A stretch of 58,468 nt of DNA, the filler included, from Perkinsus olseni (taxonomy: Eukaryota): the NCBI GenBank assembly GCA_013115125.1. It is 7 parts of 7 records of this genome, joined end to end, with 100 filler letters (N's around TTAATTAATTAA, not from the genome) between each part and the next. Parts side by side here need not be neighbours in the genome. Positions count along the whole stretch, not along the records: positions 33,632 to 41,860 come from JABANN010000978.1; positions 41,961 to 50,177 come from JABANN010000979.1; 5 more parts are not named here. One strand, given 5' to 3'. The notes beneath the pieces are model-generated. The model had not been told where the DNA came from. It did no database searches and worked only from the letters and a program-made list of their open reading frames with translations. Made by a program: the position numbers and the translations under genes. Shown here piece by piece: positions 33,900-47,849 of the stretch. Each line of letters opens with the position of its first letter. Position 1 is the stretch's first letter.

Positions 33900-36350
33900 A
33901 TCGCTGGTAGAACACAAGCAACTTCTGGAGTCTTTCTCCGGACATCGGGGCGGCAATGTGACTGAGATGTAGAATACTCAGACGCGATTCAAGGGCAGAG
34001 GCGCGGACTCACTTTATCGACTGCGGGCTCGACGAGTTTAGCGACAATGCAGTCAGCGAGTTGTCGGACGAGGAGGCTCTGAGGAAGGTGGGGACGAGGT
34101 CAGGTGGGAATCAGCGGCCAGCAAGCCTCACTTGGGATTGACTGTAAGTTTCGTAGTTACCAGAATCTTGCACTCTTAACGGATCTTGCATTATCGTAGG
34201 AAGAGTCTATTAATAGAAAGATCACAATCCAATGCAGAGACCTCTGGAACTCACTTGGGTCTTCCGCCGACGTTTCGAAGCGGACTTCCTGAGCATCCTT
34301 CTGAACTCAGTCGAGGGCTCGTGCAGGGAGGAGCATGACACTGCGGCGGCTGCGAGAATAAAGATAAGCCAATGATGATCACCGGCTGCGGGAATAGAAC
34401 CCACGACCTCCGCTGGAGCGAGCGAACTCACTATCGAGTTCATCATCGCTGAAGTCGTCTCCACTGGAGTCACTCGCCAGCATCCTCTGCCACGCTTCTC
34501 GGTCGTTCTCAATTTGCTGCCGTCTCACGAAGTGATTCCGACCTCTCACTTTCCTCGGCGCCCTCCTGCACAGCATCGAGACGTCGCGCGCCACGAAATT
34601 CCTACACGGACCTACCTCGGAGCCCCATCGTCGCTAAGCATCGTCAGCAGCCTCTCCGATACCTATCAGAAGAGTCTCATCACTTCGACCGCCCCTCCCC
34701 TGCACTCACCCGTGCCATGAGCTTCTCACACCACCGCTCAGCCAGGCCTTGCTTCCTGGTGACTCTGTCTATAGCATCAAGATGAAGACGATCGAAGACA
34801 TTCATCCAAGGCTTGGACTGGGATATACCAGAAGACGATCTGGGGGAAAAGTGGTATCGACCTAAATATCCCGCACAAATGCGGCTCCCTCACTGCTTCA
34901 TTTCCCTAGGGCCAGTCTCAAATTCCGGTGCCTTCGGCCTGAGTAGGAGCTCTGTGGCCTCGCGGAGCTCTCGTTCCAGGGAAGCTGACTTCCGCCGTTC
35001 TTCTTCGTACATCTGATGGCCCCATCGGCGCATAACTTTCGACCACTCGAGCGCTCACTTTCTTGAACTTTCTATACCCCTCCAACTTCTCAGCCTTCTT
35101 CTTCGCCTCAGCCAACTCCACCGACATCTCGTCAGCGCGCTTGGCCATCTTCCTATTCTCCTCCTGCATCTCTACGAACTGCGCCCTGTGGGCATCCATG
35201 GCCCTCTGCAGGGCCTCGGTCTCCCTCCGCTGCTCCTTTCTAGCCTCTTCTTCCCGTCGTCTGGCCTCCTCTCCAGCCTTCTCTCCCTCCCGCCTGAGCG
35301 CTTTTAAAGCCTCCTCCGACCTATACCGCTCTTCTTCCAACTGCAAGGTCAAGCGAGCACCTCACTGAGTTCGAAAAGGATGCCATCAACTGATGTCCTA
35401 TGAGACTCCCGTCCCCCCTCTACCTGAGCACGAAGATGACCGAGCTCCCCAGCCTCCTCCTGGCGCTGTTGCAGCTCCACTCGCAAGGCTGCCGCCTCCT
35501 CATCCTGGATCAGAGACCGCCAGTTCTCGAACGCATGAAGCACGGAGGCGAATGCCACCTTGATATTAAGGGCACGTTCAGTTTCCACGATCGCCTCCCG
35601 AGCCGCGGCCGACTTCTCCTCGAGAGCCTCCACTCGATCCATCAGATCTTGTCGACCCTCGTTGGCAGCCTCCAATTCCATCAGAAGCTGAGGATACCGG
35701 TAGCCAATCGAAACAGTTGTAGTCGTCCAAGTAGCATAAACGCGGAAGCCTCAGAAACCAATCCAAAACGAACGCCCCTCCTAGCAACTCCACCCGACAC
35801 CGGCCAATCCCGAGGTACCGATTTGCCAAACGCTCGAGAAGACGGGTCCCCATCCAGCCCTGGGGAGGCACTACCCTGGCAATTTCTAGTCTCATCCTCT
35901 CAAGTTCTGTCTCCTGCGCTTCCAGTCTCTCGGTCAGCTGAGCGGAGGCCCGTCCAAAATGCCAAAGAGGCCGCTACGGCCCACCCTAGCCTTCTCCTCT
36001 TCCACCTCGGCAACCCTCAAGGTCTGCATCTCATTCGTGCGCTTCAGCCGATCAACCTCCTCATCGTTCTGAGCACGAGAAGCCCCCTACCGTCCATCGC
36101 CGGTGGCGGGCCTACCACCGTCTCTACTGCTGCTGGCGGTGCTTCGACGCCCAGCCACTGCATTAAGTCCGGGTGGTCAGCCATCAGGGTCTTGAGGGCC
36201 TCCCTATGGGGGAGATAGTCTGATAGCGAGAGCGGTCGATTCACGCTCACTTAAGCATCTCGTTAGGCCGCTGGAACATGAGCCTGAGCCGCTCATTGCA
36301 AATGTCAAGGACTAGCTGCTTGAGCTCTTCGTCCAGATGCGAGACGGGGT
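33900..36350 (-). CDS. Multi-exon coiled-coil protein (boundaries approximate)
   Basis: Collinear E/R/K/A-rich heptad exons (LEEERYRSEEALKALRREGE, ELEAANEGRQDLMDRVEALEEK) with short introns. Confidence 0.65.
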
Positions 36351-37509
36351 CGTAGAAGATGACCTAAGGACAGCCGACACTCGAGCGGAGCAGGCCAATC
36401 AGCGAGGGCGGCTTTCAGAATAGAAGTGAAGCGAGCCGCGGAGGGAGGCGTCGTATGATTCGGCAAAAAAATTAATAATTTCCCGCGAGATCTTCATTCG
36501 TGCGCTCCCCCTATTCTCTATGATTCACTGCGATGAGATAGTCGCTAGCTCACGTGAGAGTTCCGTACTCAAAGCTTACGCTGATGCTTCCTTTTCCGCT
36601 CAAACGACAGAACATCTTTGCCACTGAGTCACCTCTAAGTCGCCCTTCGTCATGGCGATACCGTCCAAATCCGCCCGAACCCCTCGGATCCGATCTCTGA
36701 GTGCTGATACATCCTCAAGATACCGCTTCTGAGACTTCCTATTGGACGCCACCAACCGAGCATACCTGGGATAAGAGAGCGGCAGGCATCCGCTACACTG
36801 ACGTCCGGTAACATGCTCAGAAGGCTGATGACGGCAGCCTGCACTTGAACGTTTTCAATGAAAACTTTCAAGTTCAGCGAAAGCCTTTCATCATCAACGT
36901 AACTGTTCATATTAATAACTATGATAATGTAATATTAGACATCCGTAATGCCTTGCAGAGCTATAGAGTGTAAATGGTTAGTGTGTTAGTCTCTATGTGA
37001 TTACCTAGATTTATGTTATCGGACAGAGTAGCTCTAGCGGGACACGCTTGCACAGTCCGTGTTACGGTGTTACGGTAGACTCACTTTGCCTCAATCGTCG
37101 CTTTCTCTTCAAGCTCGCGCTTCACCACGCGATAACACAGCCCCACCAAGTCTTCGGCGAACTCCTGGACTCGCAGACGTTCTGTAAAGTGAAAGTTGCT
37201 CGATTGGGTGTTACCTAGGCGCACGCCTACGTGACTCAGCTGGCTTCAGAGAGGACCGCCGGGAGGAGCCGGGCTCGGGGGCTAACACACTCAATACGCA
37301 CTGAAAACAGCAGCAACAGAAGCACTCGCGCGTTGAATAGTCCGGTAGACGCTCTTTCGTAACCCTATGGTAGTCCGATAAGAAGAATCTTTCTCCAGCA
37401 CAAACTCACCGAATCAACTTTAGATTTAATTAAGGACCCCCCCTGCCCATCAAAGAGACACTTCCTCACGAACTCCACTTGATCTGTGAGGTTCAACCTG
37501 ATCCGAAAA

Positions 37510-37770
37510 GGGCAGTGTCATCAGAAAGATTCGTCTCATTTCGGAGGAGCCCACGCCTATAACTCACCTATCGTCTGTGGTAGCAGGAGGCCTATCTGTC
37601 GTATCCCCGACGACACTTGAAGCTACCTTGGCCCGAGCCCTGAAGGGTTTGGGCCTTCCCAAGGCAGCCTCTCTACGACGCAGTCGCCGATCCCGACTGG
37701 AGTTCATCATCTCACGCGCCAGTCAGAAGACTGGGCCCCTCAATTGGGAGGTAGGGAGCTTGGGTAACTG
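37510..37770. repeat. Dispersed direct repeat, copy 1 (copy 2 at ~41421-41680)
   Basis: About 260 bp that align by eye with scattered substitutions, including the shared GGAGCCCACGCCTATAACTCACCTATCGTCTGTGG. Confidence 0.9.
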
Positions 37771-37934
37771 CGGAAAAACGGTAACCCGTCCTTATTGGAT
37801 GAGAACCCAACTAAGCACATCACCCTGAAGAATACACCGACAACACATACATCGTCTGCTAACAGCAGGAAGACAGAGCACGCCTCTGAAAGCAGCACCA
37901 AGGCATCATTCTCGCCTCCTCTCCCCGATCTTGT

Positions 37935-39038
37935 TCATTCTCGCCTCAGCTCAGCCACACCGATTACCGGACTATCATAACCTTGGAGACCTTGTGGGGC
38001 AAAGTGGAGGTAGTTGCCAACCAAAGCGAAGTCTGGCAGGATCCAATACGACTTCACTGAGCGGGTGAGCTGCAGATCACACGTGCCGGATTCGCGATCA
38101 AGAGCGACATAGGCCACCTGGGGGATCGAGAGGCGGACAGTCTGCTGTATGCCTCGGATACCAAAGACCATATCAGGCAGCATGCTTCTCTTATTGCAGG
38201 GGACCGTGAAGATATCAAACTCAACACTCTCATGCAAGTCCACGCCAGACGCGTTAGAGAGGAGCGAGTGTAGCGTCTTCCAATAGCCGCTGGGAACTTG
38301 CAGGTAGTTGGTACCGGTGTCGACGAAGGCCCGCTCCCCGAAGGTAGCCAATCGAGAGGCCCCGATCTCAACATAATTGAGGTTAACATCCCAGTTCCCA
38401 GCATTGGCGATCGGCGCAGGATTCAGCGGGCCGCTGTATTTGGTCGAGTCCGGGCCTCCAAATGTGAGCTCACCAACAAACCCCCTACCGTCGCGAGGTT
38501 GACGTTCGAGATAGAGTGAGAATGATGGGGTCCTGAGCAAACCAGGGGTGGCGTAGAGCTGTTCCAGCAGGGTGAGGCTTTGGTCGTCGGGTTCCCTCAT
38601 GCCAAGTCCGAGGAGGGAATATGGCTCTTCGTGCAGAGCGTGACGGTCTTTGCCGCACATCAGGCCGAAGGTTAAGTAGAACTCATTGTTGCCAATGCCG
38701 ATGACCCCCCGATGGTCGAACACTTCGATCTCTCCTTCGGCGGCAAAACCGATTGTTCGATTCTGATCGGTGCGGTAGACGTCTCCCCGGAAGGAAACGT
38801 AGCCCTTAGTGGGAAGATCGACGCACTTCTTCGGGCTGTATTCCTTCTCATACCACTCTTTCCACACAAATACTGTATCAGAGGAGCCGGTATCAACGAT
38901 GGGGAACTGAGGATACCCATCCGCTCTCAAGTAGTTGGCGATAAGATTTTCAGCACGTTGTATGGGTATCTTTACGGAGCACTGGACGAGGGAGGAGAAG
39001 GCGAGGGCGCCGAGGCTGGCACGAGCGAATGAACCCAT
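37935..39038 (-). CDS. Secreted pepsin-like (A1) aspartic protease, intronless
   Basis: Signal MGSFARASLGALAFSSLVQC; IVDTGSS and FVDTGTN; LLGLG; GELTFGGPD..Y.G.L; WILPDFALVGNY. Confidence 0.93.
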   Translation of the reverse strand: MGSFARASLGALAFSSLVQCSVKIPIQRAENLIANYLRADGYPQFPIVDTGSSDTVFVWKEWYEKEYSPKKCVDLPTKGYVSFRGDVYRTDQNRTIGFAAEGEIEVFDHRGVIGIGNNEFYLTFGLMCGKDRHALHEEPYSLLGLGMREPDDQSLTLLEQLYATPGLLRTPSFSLYLERQPRDGRGFVGELTFGGPDSTKYSGPLNPAPIANAGNWDVNLNYVEIGASRLATFGERAFVDTGTNYLQVPSGYWKTLHSLLSNASGVDLHESVEFDIFTVPCNKRSMLPDMVFGIRGIQQTVRLSIPQVAYVALDRESGTCDLQLTRSVKSYWILPDFALVGNYLHFAPQGLQGYDSPVIGVAELRRE

Positions 39039-41420
39039 TAAGAACTGAAAAGTGTCCTGGCGAGAATAGGAGCCTGATAGCATACGATCACCGGACGAAG
39101 GTTGGGACGTCTTTCGGGTACAATATCGGCCACGCAATATTTGAATCGGATACAATAAATAACAGAGATACAACATCACGGCCGTATGGAAGGAAATAAA
39201 GGCGATCCCGAACGGCAACCGCCATACAGGATATGCTTAAGCGTTGACAAAGCTGCTATGTGGAAAGTACTTCAAGACACGTTCAAGGTGCGACCAGTAG
39301 GGAGCACTATCCCTAGGTCCCTCGCTGTGGAGAAACTTGGGGACTACATGAGCAAGGACCTCTATGGGGAGAAGCCAACGAGGACATACGGCGAAGATGG
39401 TGAACGCCCACCAATGCCACGAGCCTAGATCCATAGTCCGCGCCATCAGACATCCAGATGGATTGATGACCTCATCCTATCGCTCATCTAGACGCTTCAT
39501 GGCTTCTGTGACCTAATTGAGGTCACAGAAGCCATGCCAAGAAGCGTGCCAAGAACAAGAGAAGCGGCGGGGTCGATGGCCTGCCCGCAAGTATTTTCCA
39601 AGATCGTCACCGGAACGGCTAAAAGTTTACATAGGGTATGCCAAGCCTGTTTCGAAAGAAGATAACTTGTTATCGCAAGTTAAATGCGGAGATGCGAGCG
39701 GCGCTTCAGTGCGCGGCTAATTGGGACACGTCACACATTTCGCGTGTGCACCCGAGGGTCGGCGTTTCGCGCACGCGCGCAAGACGCGCATGCGAGATCC
39801 ACCGCGGAGCCGCCATGGAATCTCTGTAGAATGAGCATGAGTCATTCCTCGATTTTGGATGATTCATGCGAGGGAAGTCACCGAACCTAGGTGAGGAGCA
39901 TTCCGCTACCGTCTCATAGACCAATACGTGTTATTCTCACTGAAGCTTTGGTCTGTCTCCAGTCCTCACGCTAAATGTCCACCAGTGACGGTGATCGCAG
40001 CGACGCGGCAAGCCTGGCCGAAAGCATGGCCGAGGGCCCTGCTGAGCTTGAAGTCAATGGTATCCGCCAGCCTGACGAGGCCGTCGCTCAAGCCGCGACC
40101 AATAACGTGGTCTCCTCCGAGGCTGGTAATCCGCCCGAGCCCGCTCTTCCGGCCGAGGCGCTGGAGTTCATCAACGTTTCCACGAGAGACTACCCAAGCA
40201 ATGGGTTATCTCGAAAGTTACGCCGGTCTACAAGAGTGGGAACAAAAACGTGTGCTCGAGTTACGCACCAATCATTGGCGACCAATGGAGATGCACCCGC
40301 GAAGTGAAAAGCGCTAGCGATACCACATCACCCACACGACTTCGCGAAAATCGCGAGAGAAAAAAATAAGCCTTGAAAAATGCTTTAGATTTTCGTGAAA
40401 ATATTATTTTTCAACATTGCTAAAAACCATTTTCGCGCGTCTGATAGAGTGATTCGCACGCCAGATCGTTTTTCGCATTAATTCTTTTCCTCAAAGGTCG
40501 ATGCGCTCGACTCGAGGGTGGAAACACTGTAGTACTGCGTCTTACTGTGTTAGCTGTGATGATACAGATATCTTAGCTCACTTGTAGCGTACTACACTAT
40601 TCCCTTACCACTTATCTACTTGTATCTGTTACCTATCATCCTTGAGTATTGAGTTACAATCTCCAATACTATCAAAATGTGCCGCAGAAAAGACCTTCGG
40701 TACCATCATACTCGCCAGGATGTACAACGATATCGACAGAGGAATCGATAACTCCCAAGGGGCGTTCCGCTGCGGGAAATCGGGACCGTAGAAGGTATGC
40801 CCGACACAGGGCGTCATGGACAAGGGCAACGCATTCGAGTTGCCACTGACCAGTACCGACTTCCGGAAAGTTTTTGACAGCGTATCCCGCTATCATCTGT
40901 ATGAATCACTGCGGCTGGCTCGAGCTCATCCGAAGTAAATAAGGATCGTAAGGAACTGCTACGAATCGGCTATGACGAGGCTACACCGGAAGCAACAATC
41001 GATTGGCCTCAAAAGTGGACTGCTCAGCAGTCACTGCTGGTTCAGCAGTGCTGGAGCCCCCTGCTATTCCCCTGCGGCCTGGACCGCGTCCATAGCCAGA
41101 GAATAAGAGAGTCGAGAAACGGTTCTCGATTCGTGAAGAGTATACAGCCGAGTCGCTACACCAGACTTAGTATCCGAAAGCAAGACCTTGGACCGTATTT
41201 CAATGAGCTTAGCTTTGCCGACGATGTAAGGCTGCCTGCTTCTACAATTGAAGGAGCAGAACATCAGCTATCGTAGGAAAATAGGAGGCCTGTAAACCTC
41301 GTAATGGCGCCGGGAAAGCGTGAGACTAGGTCTCAACCTAGAGAGTAAGGAAGGCATTTTAACAAGGTCTAGGATCGAAGGTACAGATGAGTTGAGTATA
41401 CTCGTAGTTGATGGCAGACG

Positions 41421-41680
41421 GGGCAGTGTCATCAGAAAGATTCTCATCAACACTAAGGAGCCCACGCCTATAACTCACCTATCGTCTGTGGAAGCGGGGG
41501 GCCTCTCTGTCGTATCGCCGACGACACTTGCAGCTCCCTTGACCCGGGTCCTGAAGGGTTTGGATCTTCCCAAGGCGGCCTGTTTACGACGCAGCTGCCC
41601 ATCCCGGCTGGACTTCATCATCTCCATGCGCCACTCAAATGACTAGGCCCCTCAGGAAGGAGGTGAGGGAGCTGGGAACT
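41421..41680. repeat. Dispersed direct repeat, copy 2
   Basis: Aligns with 37510-37770. Confidence 0.9.
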
Positions 41681-41960
41681 GTCGCAAAGCCCATCCCGAA
41701 TGGAGTGATTATAACCCAACCGAGCACATTCACGATCAAGACAACTACAGCAGTACATGCAACGCTTGGGACATCGAACAGTGGAGGGTAGAGCTGGGCA
41801 ACCGTACTGGGGTCGAGGAAAGTACGGTACGGAGTACGTTCCAAACTGTCAACTTAGTACNNNNNNNNNNNNNNNNNNNNNNNNNNNNNNNNNNNNNNNN
41901 NNNNTTAATTAATTAANNNNNNNNNNNNNNNNNNNNNNNNNNNNNNNNNNNNNNNNNNNN

Positions 41961-42028
<68 letters not shown>

Positions 42029-42029
42029 G
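41961..42029. repeat. (TTG)n microsatellite; others include (ATC)n 45635-45702, (GTT)n ~46363-46422, (GTA)n ~47149-47193 and (GCA)n ~43490 and ~43975
   Basis: Direct reading of pure trinucleotide runs. Confidence 0.97.
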
Positions 42030-42059
42030 AGGCCACCACCACCACCACACGACCTGCTT

Positions 42060-43506
42060 ACTAGTCCATCCCATCTATATCCTGGTTTAATACTGAATCT
42101 GTTGGGGGGCATAGGGAACTTGCATTCTCGAAGTCCCCTTTTCTTTTTTTTCACATCATCATCAACATGAAGCCCATCTTCGGATGAATGATGATCTAAT
42201 TTATGTGCAAACCTATTGCAAGCATCAATATGATTATGATATTGATATTGATTATTACATATGTAATGGATCATCCATCCTCTGCTTTTGACGCAATTCT
42301 TCATCAACAACTTCATCCATCCCTTCACGTCTAATACTTTCTTTCATTACTCTTGCCATATGCTCTGCCTTCTCATCAAGTATTTCGTCTTGTGTTATAC
42401 CACCAGCCCATTCAGGTTTTGTTGCTTCTGGTCGTGGTGGCCGATGATGCCGCTTCGCTTTTTTCCTGATACACCATTACAGTATTGATATTATTCATAA
42501 TGATGATGATATTAATGATCGTTACTCAGCAGCATCTGCCGCCTCCTTTTCTGTTACTACTCTACCACCAATTCTGAACACTGTTTCTGCACCTTTACCA
42601 GTAACTGAGAATGAGCACTTGATGATAGCTCATCCCGATAATTACATTGCTGATGAACATAAGAGCAAAGAGTAATGATGATAACAAAGATGATCATCAT
42701 CACAGCCGCAATAGTAGTATAAATAGTATTATTATTACCTTCATCAGGCAGTTGTTGTAATTTCCTTTTTCGCCTCTCTGCAGCATCCTCCATTTGTTTC
42801 GATATATCTTTGCCTGACACTAAGCCTGCTGTCATGCCGCTACTCATAGTCACCACTCCTCCGCTACGGCGGATTGGAGACTAAAAACGACATTAATAAG
42901 AATATTTATACTATAATAGGAACGACAGGTATGCAGATAAGTACCATATCCAGGTAAAGAAGGGAAAAGATGATGATAAGATTACCTGATCTCCATCTGA
43001 GTCTTCATAACTTTCATCATTACTGTTATAAGTAGCATCTTCCTGTTTGATGATGCCCCCACCACCACCAGCAGCAGCAGGTGATTTCCCTTTTGTTACC
43101 ACTCCTCTCACAACTGATTGATCAGAATCCCCATCGGAATCATATCGTATCTCATCATCATCATTGTATTCCTCCTTTATCCGCCCAAGCCGTGGTGGTG
43201 GTGATGATGGTGCAGCATCGCCGATACCATCATCATTCTGTTGTTCAAGCTTGATACGTTGACTCATCCTCTTTTTCTTTCCGCTCTTGGTATCTGATAT
43301 AACCCTCTACGTTCTAAGTCCTAAACTGCCTTCCTTACGACGGAATAATGCCCCTCCCCCTCCTGCTCCTCCTTCTTCTGCTTGTGTTGGGGGGACGGGA
43401 ACTAACATTATTATTGTATTGTAAGAGCGTAAACACTCACACAGTGTATCTATTACTTTCGACAGCCTCATCAAGGACTAGACTAGCCCCAGCAGCAGCA
43501 GCAGCC

Positions 43507-43539
<33 letters not shown>

Positions 43540-43974
43540 GTGGTGGCAGGTGTTGTTCCTCCACGCTCCTGCTGTTGCTGCCCTCGCACGTCTCTAACAC
43601 GATTTTCCTCTTCTTCCTCAATATGCTTGAGATCGTCTGGTCGTAGAGGCCTTAGTGAGTTACCTGAATACCACGATTACGATGAGAGTAGCTATAGTAG
43701 TACTAAGCAACAGTCATCCTCAATTGTCATCCTACTGTTGCTGCTTACCCCATTGATCCACTACAATAGGTGCTCCATCGTCGTCATCCTCCTCGGGGTT
43801 GGTATAACTACCCATATTGTCGTAATCATGAACTTTACTCTTTTTAATAGTAGTGGAGGGTATCTTAGTGATGATAATAATAACAGCGGATGTACTTTAA
43901 ACGACGCATTATCAATTACATCCTCAGTCTCATCCACAATCATAAATGATGTGGACTGATGATGATGACGACCC

Positions 43975-44017
<43 letters not shown>

Positions 44018-44186
44018 TAGATTTCTCTCTTTTGCTCTTTCTTTTCTTCTTAGACTTCATCATCGTCTTCATCATCATCATCATCGCTGATGATGACGAT
44101 GAATCTAATGCCTCTTTATGGTGTTTACGATACTTCTGTAAATAATCTCGCTGCTTCTGCTGTTGTTTCTCATCTTTACCAACCAT
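42060..44186 (-). CDS. BUD13: Pre-mRNA splicing RES-complex protein BUD13/CWC26, multi-exon, 3'-partial
   Basis: N-terminal DYLQKY; MSSGMTAGLVSG; C-terminal hallmark PPNRFSIKPGYRWDG. Confidence 0.88.
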
Positions 44187-44339
44187 TATTATAACAACAA
44201 TGCATCCTGAATAAATACAAACCCCAGTAATGATGATGATCAATCACTATCCCCAACATCATCATTATCATCAGTCAGTAAACCATTAGTAACACAATGA
44301 TACATGAAGATGTTGTTTAAGAGAGGTTGTTATTGTTGT

Positions 44340-45634
44340 TATGATTATAATCACCAGATACCTTCCGCCATCCCTTGGTAAACTTTCTTGATGCATAGTC
44401 CACACTCTCAGATAATCCCGTTGTAGCAAGCCCCTTCACTAACAATGTGGAAGAACAACAGCAACAATCAGCAGCAGAAGAAGGAATAAGAACGCTAAGA
44501 ACTAAAGCTTAGAAGAGCCAAGCAAAGGAGTGAGTGATAACAGTCCCGCAGTTGTTGTTGTTATTATTATGGAGCTCACATCCTTGCTTTAACGATGAGC
44601 ATCTATTTAATTTCCTGATATTCCTCCGCAAACGGTCGACAGATACGATGTCATCATTAGTCACACCTACCAATAAGGATGATCATCATAAGACAATACG
44701 ATATCATACTACATCATCATTACCTTCTCTAACCGACAATGGCAAGAGGGAGATGAGATGTTGTATTGATGATGATGATGTTCCGGTACTATAGAATAAT
44801 GGTGTACTCAGCGATGTACCACCATGATGATGACTAGTAGTAGCAGTGGGCCTCATCTTTACACCACATTCACTCAATAATGACGGTGTTGTTAATGATG
44901 TTGATGACGATGCCTGATCATTGGCATGATCCGTATGATCATGCTATATGGCGATGGTGGCCTTTGTTGTTATTACGTATATGTCTATCAGCTCTTCGGC
45001 TTGTCCGTGTACTATGTTATATATTTTATTAGGATCCTCGGCCCCTACCATACCTGTCCTAATATCCCCCATGTAGGATAGACTACCTAATCAGAATACA
45101 CCAATTCACTGTGTTTATCATTATAATCTATTATTATCATTCAATGTTAATCATTATTACATATGCAAGTTAGCAATGCCTCCATCGTACCAATCGATCG
45201 TAATACACCATCTCCTCCTCCTCCTCTTTGTGGGTTATGTAGTAATAATAGGAATACTAATGCACATCGTAGAGCAGATAATCTATTATTATGTAATGCT
45301 TTGGTAAACTCATTATCTGATTACAAGATTATGATAAGACTATTATACCATTATCATAGTATGATCATCATCATCATGATGATCGTTAGTAAGCATGATT
45401 ATTACATGCTTTATTATCGGATATATAAATTGTGTCAACTGGTTTATGCAGCCTACCACTTATATACCTATCAATAATAATATCCATAAACATCTGAGTA
45501 TTGCAGCCGTTGTTACAATGAGTTCCAGTTATTCAAATCAGCGCATAGATCATCATGTGAGATTATACCGTATTTACAATACAACCCACCAGGCTGTAGC
45601 GTACCTAACAACAACAGGGCACCAGAGTCATTGT

Positions 45635-45702
<68 letters not shown>

Positions 45703-46362
45703 GGTCATGATGATAATGCTTGTTGTTGTTATTACATCCTATATTGTAATATACACCACCCGCGCATCTTGTTATTGATTGTAAATATTTAGGTTTAACC
45801 TTATTGATAGGATATGCATAATGTGATGGGTTCTTGATCAAATTGAGTTCATGGAACTTGGCTACATCCTTGGTTACAACCTACAACCACACTCATGCTG
45901 TAAATACTATATTATTGTACTCAATAATAATAATACTATTGCTGCTGCTCTTACCAAGAGATCAGTCATTTCACCATCATCATCATCATCGTGCTGGGCT
46001 GTGGTTGGTGTTCTTCCATCTTGTTTGAAGACTGCACTACCGTATCCCAATACGTAACTAATAATTCATAATCACCACCATTATTATTGTGATGCTGCTG
46101 CTGATGCTGCTGAAGATGACGATGATGAGCTTCTACTATTACCTACACGGTGGAAGTGACCTTGGATTAAAGCGTCGTCGTAGTAGAAGCGTTGGTTGTC
46201 GTGGTAGGGACATGAGAATATCTGTGTTCTTTCCCATTAATCTTTTACTGATACAAACTCAATGATGATATTAAGGACATTAAGGACATCTATCAATAAT
46301 GATCATGTTGTTCATACATCATGAGTTAATAACATCAGTTCTTCTTCGTCATCGTCATCCCG

Positions 46363-46421
<59 letters not shown>

Positions 46422-47149
46422 GAAGTTGCACAAGGATTTGATGAGCCATCTCTCTCCTTGTTGTAAATGCAAGTAGCCTTTGATCTCATTGAATAACATC
46501 TGAGAGCCTTTACTACAATCCGTGATAATCGACGGGCCCCTTCCTCTATCATCATCATCATCATCATAATTTATTAACGTGAATTTATGATCCCTCAATT
46601 GGGGTAATGTTGACCTAAAATGACTAACATCATGGCAATACCACACATCCCCTATGTTAATATAATTACTGTAATATATCACCATACCCAGCTGCTGCAG
46701 CAGCAGCAGGAGCTCCTGGTGGTGGTGGTAAAGTTGATGGATCATTGTAATCGTCCTGTTGTTGTTGTTGGTCTTGTGTTGTACTATCATTATTATTGTC
46801 AAGTTTACATAAAAGTGATGTTATCCATCCCTGCTCTCCTCTAAAGACCATATGGGCTTCACCATCTTTACCACCATTAGCCTTGGCTACACATCGTAAG
46901 TCGGGCTCGCCATCCTCATCATCCTGATAAGAGCAACAGAGACACTCCTACTATAACAAGTGTATGTGTGGTACTGGTATTATTATTACTTTCTTATCCA
47001 CCAATGGATATGCAGTAGTAGTAGTACTAGTAGTAGTTGCAATGTAATTATTACTGTTATCGGCGTCGTAACTTGATGTATAATGATCGAATGTTGTGTA
47101 GCTCTCCTCCCCCTCCTCCTCCCCTTGTCGCTGGAGTAATGGCTGAGCG

Positions 47150-47194
<45 letters not shown>

Positions 47195-47723
47195 AAAGGC
47201 GTTGACGTGCTTATTTCATCGTCATCATTATTGACGAAGGATGATGTATGATAATAACCATCATCATAACCTTCTGTCTGTGCCGAAGTTTCATAGTCTC
47301 CTCCATCATCACCAATTGTACTCTCATCATCACCAACCATCCCTCCTCCTCCTCCTCCTCCTTCATCATCACCAATTGTACTCTCATCATCACCAACCAT
47401 CCCTCCTCCTCCTTCATCATCATCATGATTTGTATCCACCATTAATGATCCCTAAGAAGACCATCCTATATTATGCATAAGCAATACGCAATCGTTATTA
47501 CATCATTATAATAATCATCATCGTTATTGCTGTTATCGTCATCATCATTACCAGACCCCCTAAGTGCAATACCATTACTACACCACATAGAGTGAATAAT
47601 GATAATAGTCGACATCCACATCAAGCCACATGATGGGATCATCATCATCACTCGCGAACAAACGGAAACGACAACGAAGGCTGGAGCCGTGGTGGTGGAG
47701 GTGGTGGCCGTGGCCGTCTCCAT
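44340..47723 (-). CDS. Hypothetical low-complexity multi-exon gene(s), possibly secreted (boundaries uncertain)
   Basis: Collinear exon-like blocks with Thr/Asp/Gly runs, a tandem MVGDDESTIGDD repeat and a hydrophobic N-terminus. Confidence 0.4.
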
Positions 47724-47849
47724 TTTTCATGCATTTAGGTCAATAATTTTCATGCATATCTATTAGGATTCTCGTGTCGCTAGATTGTTGTAGTAGTCCC
47801 AATAATTGTCGTTGATACTGTTGTTAGTACTACTAATAGTAATATAATA

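Noticed and set aside
34380-34415. Minus-strand tRNA-like T-arm (GGTCGTGGGTTCTATTCCC)
   Set aside because: No D-arm or acceptor stem, and it lies in a probable coding exon.
35400-36218. 272-aa plus-strand ORF
   Set aside because: Antisense shadow of the minus-strand coiled-coil gene.
41909-47480. Poly-L/I/N/D/T ORFs
   Set aside because: Translations of microsatellites, mostly intronic or antisense.
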